This document shows, piece after piece, positions 56,474 to 64,000 of a DNA stretch of 64,000 nt (within the stretch, counting starts at the first letter, position 1; every line of letters starts with the position of its first letter). A program made the translations under genes and the position numbers. Origin of the DNA: Cenarchaeum sp. (lineage in GTDB: Archaea > Thermoproteota > Nitrososphaeria > Nitrososphaerales > Nitrosopumilaceae); contig OY843768.1 in assembly GCA_963693095.2 (NCBI GenBank), forward strand, positions 384,001-448,000. The letters are read 5' to 3'. The notes beneath the pieces were generated by a model. The model worked only from the letters and a program-made list of their open reading frames with translations, had not been told where the DNA came from and ran no database searches.

Positions 56474-58105
56474 TTAGGATTTTGCCGCGCGACGGCGCTT
56501 TTGCTCTGCCCTCTTTTCTGCGCCGAGGCGCTCGAGCCTATGGTCCCCCATGTCGGCAAACCTGACAATCCTGGAGAGGACGGGATGCCTTGCCTGAATC
56601 TGCGCGAGCATTGATTGTGCGGCCCTGCGGTAGTCGCCATGGCCCTGCGGCGCTGTGCGCAGCTCGATTAGGTGGCACGCCTCACGCAGGTTTATGCGCA
56701 TAAAATACTGGTAAATGTACGCAAAGTTCACGACATACTGCGCGCGCGCCGCGCTCTGGCGGGCAATTTTGGCGTGCGTTTCCCTGGATGACTCCATGCA
56801 TGCCATGTACTCGCCGGCCATGCCAATGTCGGCAAGCTCTGGGGGCATGTCATAGCCCATGCCGGTTCCCAGCGCCTTTCTCTGCATTGTCATTATGCGG
56901 TGGCGGTGGAGGTCGCGAAACATGCCATAGTTGGTGGCCATCTCAAAAGAGTACTCGGCGAGCTCAAAGGCCCTGGGCGGGCGGTGCCTCCGGTTGCGCC
57001 GCAGCGAGGCGGCTGCGCCGATGATCCTGCCCCTTGCCGCCGCGCCTAGCCCTGATGCCCACCTGGCAAGCTCCGCATGGGACAGCTCAGAGCCCTCGTA
57101 CTCTAGGCCGGCGATCACGCGGCTCAGCGCGCGCGCCTCGCCCTCGCACTCTGTGAGGCGCACGCCGGCCCGCGCGCGGGTGGGCGGCATGCCGGCCCGA
57201 GGCGTGCGGCGCCTAAGCGATCTCAGGTACTTTTGGTGCGCAATGCCGTGCCTGTCACCAGAGCGCCTGACAAACGCGCCCATCGTGGGCTCGAGCTCTT
57301 GCCTTATTGCCTCGCCGAGCTCGCGCTCTTCGCGAAGGCTCGATGCGAGGAGGACGGTTATGAGATACTCAAACGCCCTGCCGTTGCCAGATATGCCGAC
57401 GTTTGTCAGTGTCGATGCCGGCAAGAGGCCGCGCAGCGCGTCGAGCGCCTTTGCCTTTGTCGATCCGCGCCATGCAACCTGTGCGGACGCAATGTCAGAG
57501 CTGTCTGACAGCCTGCCAAACAATACCTCGCGTCCCCTTGCCGAGTCCATGAAAGAAAATCCCTCGATCGGCGTGCGCTCGCGCACAAGGGCAAGCATGG
57601 GCTCTAGTGCGCGCGAGTATGTCTCAAATGCCATGTTGCACGACTCGACGTACGCATCAGCATGCCTCGAGCTCATGATGTCTGGCTCGCGATAAAACAT
57701 GTACTCACCGTTGGACTTTTTGTCCCATGCGACATAGCGCGAGGACTTTTCCAGGTATGACAGGCCAATGCGGCGATCCTCTATGGTCTTTACGGCAATG
57801 TTTGAGACTCCCTCGACTCCGACCTGCGCAAACCCGAGCTCGGCGATCGAGTCATCGCCGTACTCGCCAAGAACCCGAGAGTAAAACTCCTCGCCGCGCG
57901 AGGCGTTGCGCGCAAACTCGTCAAGAAAGACGCGCCTCATGCCCTTGGCAGTCCTGCTATAGCGCGACATTAGCGCACCCCTGTCAACCTGGCGCGGCGT
58001 CGTTATCTCAAAGACGGCACCGTCCGCATTGCTAAAGTGGCCCGCTAGGGCGCGCCGCTCGGCGCGCGTGAGGGCAGCCTTGCCGCGCCGCGGCGCACTA
58101 GCCAT
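56474..58105 (-). CDS. thyX: FAD-dependent thymidylate synthase (tandem Thy1 domains)
   Basis: [23 protein letters not shown] and [14 protein letters not shown] motifs. Confidence 0.9.
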   Translation of the reverse strand: MASAPRRGKAALTRAERRALAGHFSNADGAVFEITTPRQVDRGALMSRYSRTAKGMRRVFLDEFARNASRGEEFYSRVLGEYGDDSIAELGFAQVGVEGVSNIAVKTIEDRRIGLSYLEKSSRYVAWDKKSNGEYMFYREPDIMSSRHADAYVESCNMAFETYSRALEPMLALVRERTPIEGFSFMDSARGREVLFGRLSDSSDIASAQVAWRGSTKAKALDALRGLLPASTLTNVGISGNGRAFEYLITVLLASSLREERELGEAIRQELEPTMGAFVRRSGDRHGIAHQKYLRSLRRRTPRAGMPPTRARAGVRLTECEGEARALSRVIAGLEYEGSELSHAELARWASGLGAAARGRIIGAAASLRRNRRHRPPRAFELAEYSFEMATNYGMFRDLHRHRIMTMQRKALGTGMGYDMPPELADIGMAGEYMACMESSRETHAKIARQSAARAQYVVNFAYIYQYFMRINLREACHLIELRTAPQGHGDYRRAAQSMLAQIQARHPVLSRIVRFADMGDHRLERLGAEKRAEQKRRRAAKS

Positions 58106-58391
58106 CCACGTCCCTTTTTCCGATCTGTATCAGGTCTGGCGCGTCCTGGTCCTTCATGCCCTTGGCCTGCCACCTCTGCAGGACGGCCTTGAAGGCCTCG
58201 GCGTCCTCCTCGCTCTCGGTGTACATCAGGGCCGTGACCCACCTTCCGGTGCCGGCCTTGCCGCCCACGGAGTTCATCCAAAAGTCGCCGGGGAGCATGT
58301 CCATGGACTTGTTGTCCGGGTTCCTCGCCATGTCTGTCCACCTCTTGGAGACGAACTGCATGACCTGCGCTAGGCCATCCTTGCTCAGCAT
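58098..58391 (-). CDS. Hypothetical protein coupled to thyX
   Basis: ORF overlaps the thyX start; start uncertain (58391 or 58472). Confidence 0.55.
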   Translation of the reverse strand: MLSKDGLAQVMQFVSKRWTDMARNPDNKSMDMLPGDFWMNSVGGKAGTGRWVTALMYTESEEDAEAFKAVLQRWQAKGMKDQDAPDLIQIGKRDVDG

Positions 58392-58516
58392 GGCAGGCGC
58401 CGATACGCCGTAGGATTTTAAAATTGCGCTCCGCACGGCCATGTCAACGCATTCTAACCTAAACTTTAACAAATTTTAACACGGGTGCGGTTATATCCAC
58501 ATGTGGAGACGGGCGC

Positions 58517-59362
58517 ATGAACACACCCGACGCAACGCTCGTTGGAAAGCGCGTCAAGGACATGCACGGCGCGCCCATCGGACACGTTGTGGGAACCATT
58601 ACGGACATCGACGGGACGGTTCAGACGGTAGGCGTGGATCGGGGCTCTGGGGGCCTTGAGCAGATTCCACACCACCAGCTGGTCGTGCAGCCCGAAGTGG
58701 TCATCTACATCCCGATGTGGCGACTCGACTCACAGAGGCTGTTGCGTGAAAAGGAGCTTGCGCTCAGGCGCATAAAGGCCCTCATGTCAATCGTTCGCGA
58801 GAACGACGACATGAAGGAGGATGCCGAGCTCATTCACGACAAGTACAAGGCAAAACTCGCATCCCTTGACGAGCTGCAAGAGCAGATCAGGGCAAAACTC
58901 GAGTTTCGGCTCGCCGAGCTCGATACGCAGCTAAAGAGCGTCAAGACGCTGATATTCGACGCAAAGGTGCAAAACAAGAGCGGAGAGATAACCGACGACG
59001 CATTCGAGTCGGTAAAGAACCACACAAGCCGCCTAGTTGAGCAGATCACCAGGGAGCACGGCCAGATCACCGGCGTGCAGAGGAGAATCACGGACCTCAG
59101 CATAAAGGTGCAAGAGGCCATGGACCCAGAGGTGACCCTGCAGGACTCGGCGACATCGTACCTTGGGGGCGAACCGACGGCCGCAGAAAAGCTGCCCGAG
59201 GCGCCCACTCACAATCCACAACCGGCAGATTCGGGAGAACTGCGACCCACACCCACACCAATGCCTGCCGCCATGCGGCAGGCCGCAGACCAGGGTCCGG
59301 CCAACAGTGGAGAGAGCGTGGCGCCACAATCTAGCTGGCTAGCGCGGATGGAGTCCCAGTGA
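58517..59362 (+). CDS. cdvA: Cell division protein CdvA
   Basis: N-terminal PRC barrel (VGKRVKDMHGAPIGHVVG...IYIPMWRLD) and a long coiled coil; matches thaumarchaeal CdvA as recalled. Confidence 0.85.
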   Translation: MNTPDATLVGKRVKDMHGAPIGHVVGTITDIDGTVQTVGVDRGSGGLEQIPHHQLVVQPEVVIYIPMWRLDSQRLLREKELALRRIKALMSIVRENDDMKEDAELIHDKYKAKLASLDELQEQIRAKLEFRLAELDTQLKSVKTLIFDAKVQNKSGEITDDAFESVKNHTSRLVEQITREHGQITGVQRRITDLSIKVQEAMDPEVTLQDSATSYLGGEPTAAEKLPEAPTHNPQPADSGELRPTPTPMPAAMRQAADQGPANSGESVAPQSSWLARMESQ

Positions 59363-59416
59363 CTGGGACTCTGTCCACTTTTTTCTCACGTTCAATAGCA
59401 ACCTTCAAAAACCCTC

Positions 59417-59680
59417 TTGCGGGCGCGTCGCGCCGATGCGGCCTTGAATAACGGCTTTGTGATCGCGATCGTCTTTCTCGCCGTGGGCATAGGGCTCACG
59501 GCCTGGGTCACGGCGTACAAGGACTCTGTGCTGCGCCCCCTCGCCGAGGACCAGCTCGTCCTCATGCAGGCCATGGACTGCGAGGAGCTCGTCACGTATG
59601 CGGCAACAGGCTACTTTTGGTCTGCTGAAAACGGCAAGTGGATTAGGGAGCGCACCGACGCGTGCAAGGCCGGAATCTAG
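59417..59680 (+). CDS. Small membrane-anchored hypothetical protein
   Basis: TM helix followed by a short domain with two Cys; start uncertain. Confidence 0.6.
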   Translation: MRARRADAALNNGFVIAIVFLAVGIGLTAWVTAYKDSVLRPLAEDQLVLMQAMDCEELVTYAATGYFWSAENGKWIRERTDACKAGI

Positions 59681-59787
59681 GGCACGGGGGGCGCAGTCGT
59701 GCGGGGCGTACAGGAGCCAGTCACGCCCTCCTAAATGGCCGGTGGCACCTTCAGGAATATTAGGCCCCGCGGCACGCTGCGCCCCAG

Positions 59788-60345
59788 ATGCTCCCACGAC
59801 TCGACTCTATACGCCCCGCGCGCCTCAAGCTCCGAATCACGCAAAAAAAGCTCGCCTCGATCGTCGGCGTGAGCACGTCAATGATAAACCAGATAGAGTC
59901 ATCACGCTGCTCGCCGAGCTACGAGACGGCGCGCCGCATATTCGAGGCCCTCGCCTCCCTGGAGTCCAGCAAGTCGGCCCACAGGGCCGGCGAGCTCTGC
60001 AACCACGTCATTGTAAAGATGCGCCCAGATAACACGATGCAGGCGGCGATCATGAAAATGCGCCAGCACTCGATAAGCCAGATACCTGTCTTTGAGGGCA
60101 AGGTTCCAGTCGGCATAATCACCGAGGACGGCATAATGCGCCACATTGCCGACTCGGAGAAGCTCAATCTCCGCAGCGCGCTTGTGCGCGAGGCGATGGA
60201 CGCGCCACCGCCAATCGTGGATCACGAGACGCCGGCCCACGCGCTAGCGCCGCTCATACGCCTGACAAAGTGCATACTCGTCTCGCGCAGGTCATCGATC
60301 ATTGGGATCATGACGGCCTCAGACACGCTAAAGATCGTCGAATAG
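59788..60345 (+). CDS. XRE-HTH + CBS-pair transcription regulator
   Basis: ITQKKLASIVGVSTSMINQIE..SPSY; ISQIPVF..VGIITE; IGIMTASD. Confidence 0.9.
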   Translation: MLPRLDSIRPARLKLRITQKKLASIVGVSTSMINQIESSRCSPSYETARRIFEALASLESSKSAHRAGELCNHVIVKMRPDNTMQAAIMKMRQHSISQIPVFEGKVPVGIITEDGIMRHIADSEKLNLRSALVREAMDAPPPIVDHETPAHALAPLIRLTKCILVSRRSSIIGIMTASDTLKIVE

Positions 60346-60373
60346 GGCGCAAGCGAATGTAAATCTACATAAG

Positions 60374-62899
60374 GTGGCCACAGTGCGCAGATGCCCATTG
60401 GGACCCTCACCGCTCCACTATGACCTGCGCTTTGAGCCTGACTTGCGCGCACGCCGGTTCTCGGGGCGCGCCCTGATAGACGTCAGCGTGCGAACGCCGA
60501 CGTCGAGGATATCAATGAACGCCGCCGAGCTCGACGTGAGGCGATGCCGCGTGATGCGCGCAGACGCCGAGATCCCGTCGAGCCACTCCCTTGATGCGGC
60601 ATCTGAGGAGCTCACGATCAGGACGTCATCGCGCGTCTCGGGCAGCGTGCGCATAGAGGTTGACTTTGAGGGGACGCTCAATGACAGGCTGCTCGGGTTT
60701 TACTCTAGCACGCACATGGTAGGCAAACGCAAGGCGCGCATGGCGACAACGCAGTTTGAGGCAGCCGATGCAAGGCGCGCCTTTCCGTGCTGGGACGAGC
60801 CGGCGGCCAAGGCGACATTTGACGTGACGATCGTCGCGCCGCGCGGCATGACGGCCATATCGAACATGCCTGAAGCCTCGCGCAGGACAGTGCGCGGCAA
60901 GGTCGAGCACGTCTTTGGGCGCACGCCGCCAATGTCGACGTACCTCCTCTACCTGGGCGTCGGCGAGCTCGAGTCCATATCTGCGAGCGTGCAGGGAATA
61001 AAGATAAGCGTCTATGCGACGCGCGGAAACGCAAAACGCGGAAGGTTTGCGCTAAATCTCGCAAAGCGCCTCCTAGTCGAGTATGGGCGATACTTTGGCA
61101 CAAAGTACCCGCTCCCAAAGCTTGACCTCATCGCAGTGCCGGACTTTGCGGCAGGTGCCATGGAGAACTGGGGCGCAATAACGTTCCGAGAGGCGCTCCT
61201 CCTCCATGACGAGAGGACATCCTCGACGCGCACTGCGCAGCTAATCGCCGAGGTCGTCTCGCACGAGATCGCGCACCAGTGGTTTGGCAACCTCGTCACG
61301 ATGAAGTGGTGGAACGACCTGTGGCTCAACGAGTCCTTTGCGACATTCATGGCCACAAAGTTCGTCGACATGATACGGCCAGAGTGGGCAATGTGGGACC
61401 AGTTCGCCGAGGACACCGTCTCCAACGCGCTTCGCCTCGACTCGCTAAAGTCAACGCACGCAATAGACGTGCGCGTCCGGAGCCCTGCCGAGATCCGCGA
61501 GATATTTGACGCGATATCGTATGACAAGGGCGGCTCGATACTCCAGATGGTCGAGCGCATCGTCGGCGAGCCGGCGTTCCGGCGCGGACTGCGCGCGTAC
61601 CTGCGCAAGTTCGCCTATGCCAACGCCGAGGGGGCCGACCTGTGGCGCGAGATAGGGCGCGCCGCCGGCCAGAACCTCGAGCCGCTAGTCAGGTCGTGGA
61701 TCGGCCAGCCGGGATACCCGCTCCTCACAGTCTCGCGCAGCCGCCGCGGCGCGCGCGTCTCCCAGGAGAGGTTTCTCCTTGCGCCCTCGCGCACCCGCAG
61801 CGCACAGTCCTGGCGCGTGCCCGTCTCGATAAGGGGCCGGCGCGGCCCGCCGCAGGTCCTCACCGGCCGCTCGGCGGCACTGCGCGGCCTCGGCGAGGCC
61901 GACGTCGTAAACCCGTCGCGCACGGCCTTTGCGCGCGTGAGGTACGGGAAGGCCGACCTTGATGCGCTTCGCCGGACCGCCCTTGGGGGCAGCATGGAGG
62001 GCGATGACGCGTGGATGGTCCAGGGGGACCTTCTTGCGCTGTGCCGCGCCGGAATGGCCGACGTGGGCGACTATATCGAGTTCGCCGATGCGTGCTCGGG
62101 ATACACAGGACACCTCGTGTCTGCCGGCATTGCGCGCAGCCTGCGATTCCTGCACCGCATCTCCATTGGCGCGACATTTGAGTGGCGCCTGCGCGAGCGC
62201 TCACTGGAGCACCACTCGAGAATGCACGCCCGCCTCGGCTGGAAGCCGGCGCGCAGCGAGGGCCATGTCGACTCGATGCTGCGCGCCGAGGTCATTGGCG
62301 CACTGGGCGTCTCGCTGCGGGCAGGAAAGATAGTCAGGGAGGCGCAGGACGCCTTTGCGCGCCTTGCGTCAGGCCGTGGCCGCATTGACGCAAACCTGCG
62401 CGAGCCGGTCTGCTCGATCGCAGTGTCCGCCGGCGGCACGCGCGCTTACTCCAGGGTTCGCTCAATGTACGACTCGGCCGGCACGCAGGAGGAAAAGGTC
62501 AGGCTCCTCTCGGCAATGTGCGCAACTCCGGACGTGGCGCTCCTTCGCAGGACGCTGGATCTCTCGCAGACCCCGCTCGTGCGCTCACAAAACATGCACG
62601 TTCCAGTCATGCGCATAGCGGCAAATCCGGCCGGCGCCCCGCTCGTCTGGCCATGGATGAAAAAGAACTGGGCGCGCATATCGAGGAGGGCAGGACAGGG
62701 CAACCCGCTGCTGGCCAGGATGATCTCGGCTGTTGCGATAGCCTCACCTGATGCGGGGGTGGCCTCTGAGCTCGAGGCCTTTTTTGCGAGGCACAAGTCG
62801 CCTGGAACCGAGCGCACGGTGATGCAGGCTGCTGAGACCATGCGCATAAACGCGCGCCTGCGCGAGCGGATGGGGCAAGACCTTGGAGCGCTTGACTAG
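60374..62899 (+). CDS. M1-family aminopeptidase (tricorn-interacting factor F2/F3-like)
   Basis: TQFEAADARRAFPCWDEP, GAMENWG, HEIAHQWFGN..WLNE and YDKG motifs. Confidence 0.95.
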   Translation: MATVRRCPLGPSPLHYDLRFEPDLRARRFSGRALIDVSVRTPTSRISMNAAELDVRRCRVMRADAEIPSSHSLDAASEELTIRTSSRVSGSVRIEVDFEGTLNDRLLGFYSSTHMVGKRKARMATTQFEAADARRAFPCWDEPAAKATFDVTIVAPRGMTAISNMPEASRRTVRGKVEHVFGRTPPMSTYLLYLGVGELESISASVQGIKISVYATRGNAKRGRFALNLAKRLLVEYGRYFGTKYPLPKLDLIAVPDFAAGAMENWGAITFREALLLHDERTSSTRTAQLIAEVVSHEIAHQWFGNLVTMKWWNDLWLNESFATFMATKFVDMIRPEWAMWDQFAEDTVSNALRLDSLKSTHAIDVRVRSPAEIREIFDAISYDKGGSILQMVERIVGEPAFRRGLRAYLRKFAYANAEGADLWREIGRAAGQNLEPLVRSWIGQPGYPLLTVSRSRRGARVSQERFLLAPSRTRSAQSWRVPVSIRGRRGPPQVLTGRSAALRGLGEADVVNPSRTAFARVRYGKADLDALRRTALGGSMEGDDAWMVQGDLLALCRAGMADVGDYIEFADACSGYTGHLVSAGIARSLRFLHRISIGATFEWRLRERSLEHHSRMHARLGWKPARSEGHVDSMLRAEVIGALGVSLRAGKIVREAQDAFARLASGRGRIDANLREPVCSIAVSAGGTRAYSRVRSMYDSAGTQEEKVRLLSAMCATPDVALLRRTLDLSQTPLVRSQNMHVPVMRIAANPAGAPLVWPWMKKNWARISRRAGQGNPLLARMISAVAIASPDAGVASELEAFFARHKSPGTERTVMQAAETMRINARLRERMGQDLGALD

Positions 62900-63287
62900 C
62901 GTTGCGGCAGTCGCAGCCGCAGTGGCAGTGGCCGTTGCGGCATACGCGCTGCTGTCTGGCTCACCAGACCACTCCTCGACGATATATGCGGATGCGACCT
63001 GGTATCCGGACGAGGGCAATGTCGTCATCACGTATGACGACTCTGCGCGCGCGACGTCGAGCGTGACACTCGAGGTTCTCGGGCTTGCGAGCACGTTTCA
63101 AAAGGTGCATGCGTCCTCGTCCTTTGTCGAGCGTGTCTCCTTTGATGGCGTGCCGGCCAACGGGTGGCGCGCGCACCCCGTGACGTTTGCCGTCTCGCAC
63201 GGCGAGCTAGGCGAGATCGGAATAAAGGTGGAGGTGCACGGCCATGACGAGCCGCCCTCGCGCGTCGTGTACAGTGCTGCGCGGTAG
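62883..63287 (+). CDS. Hypothetical membrane-anchored protein
   Basis: N-terminal Ala/Val-rich helix; overlaps the aminopeptidase stop. Confidence 0.65.
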   Translation: MERLTSVAAVAAAVAVAVAAYALLSGSPDHSSTIYADATWYPDEGNVVITYDDSARATSSVTLEVLGLASTFQKVHASSSFVERVSFDGVPANGWRAHPVTFAVSHGELGEIGIKVEVHGHDEPPSRVVYSAAR

Positions 63288-63656
63288 GGGTAGACTTTTG
63301 GGGATGGGCACTGCAGGAGACTGCTCTGCCATGGGTACATGGGCAGACGCGTCTAGCACACTGGGGCAATCCTGTTATGCGTAGCCACATATTGGTGAAC
63401 TGGTCAGTCAGACACCGAGCCCTGCCTGGGATCTACCTTCGGCAGCAACAATGCACCAGGCGCCTTGATGTTCGCTCCATGCTGTGCCATGAAGTTTCTC
63501 GCCCGGCACTTCGATCTTGCTTCTGTCTAGATGTGCTCATCATTACAAATGCGCATGTCTGCCATTTTGAGCCGTAAAAGCACACTGGGCCATATATTCT
63601 ATCCGTGACTGTCTTCGCTAAAGGCTAATAAATGCCTGCCCGGGCAGGCATGGTGT

Positions 63657-64000
63657 ATGGGCAGCGCGACGTATGACGCAAAGGCGACCTTCGTCAAAAA
63701 CATGCAGGACATCATGAAGTATCTTGAGGAGGGTCAGTATGTTCCGTGCTTTCACCTCTCTGCTGATCTGACGCGTTTTTCGTGTTTATTAGGACAAAAG
63801 AACTGGGTTTTTACGTGTGAGGTGTTAGAATCGGTATACAACAACATGACTTATATGTCTAACCACCTTGTGCTCCCAAAAGATGACGAGGCGGCGATCC
63901 GTACCAAGCTTCATCAGAGCATGAACAAGTTGCTGCCTGCGATTGAAAATGACGATGAGGCTGGAGTGTGGCAATCACTCCAACAGATCAGATTTGATGC
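63657..64000 (+). CDS. Hypothetical helical protein in a low-GC segment (3' truncated by the window)
   Basis: MGSATYDAKATFVKNMQDIMKYLEEGQY... is open to the window end; TAATAAA upstream. Confidence 0.55.
   Translation, partial: MGSATYDAKATFVKNMQDIMKYLEEGQYVPCFHLSADLTRFSCLLGQKNWVFTCEVLESVYNNMTYMSNHLVLPKDDEAAIRTKLHQSMNKLLPAIENDDEAGVWQSLQQIRFD

Noticed and set aside
63377-63577. 66-aa ORF in the low-GC spacer
   Set aside because: No recognisable motif or promoter, and atypical composition; probably spurious.

Overview
This is 64 kb of chromosome from a GC-rich ammonia-oxidising archaeon (Nitrososphaerota/Thaumarchaeota, Nitrosopumilaceae-like). The lineage call rests on topoisomerase IB, a fused RpoA'/A'', 4-hydroxybutyryl-CoA dehydratase plus synthetase, a Grs-type GDGT ring synthase, CdvA and PEFG-CTERM proteins. 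A host-associated (e.g. sponge-symbiont) lifestyle is only an inference from the high GC and the surface-protein expansion. Most of the window is core genome: trpS, pheST, valS, pdxST, the rpoH-B-A-L30e-nusA-S12-S7 operon, thyX, msrB, trx and TFE. There are five tRNAs; four carry BHB introns and two of those carry two introns each. Accessory elements are an intact IS66-family element (16-bp TIRs, 8-bp TSD) sitting just upstream of a multicopper oxidase-ZIP operon, an orphan NaeI/NgoMIV-like C5 methyltransferase, and a low-GC two-gene islet (49-aa peptide plus a 3-TM PycTM-like protein). Other unusual genes are a 1731-aa mosaic surface protein built from S-layer and PEFG-CTERM modules, a signal peptidase fused to an HPD-less J-domain, and a ParB-like protein with a histone-H1-like repeat tail. 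All family calls come from motifs read by eye and recalled family sequences; no searches were run.
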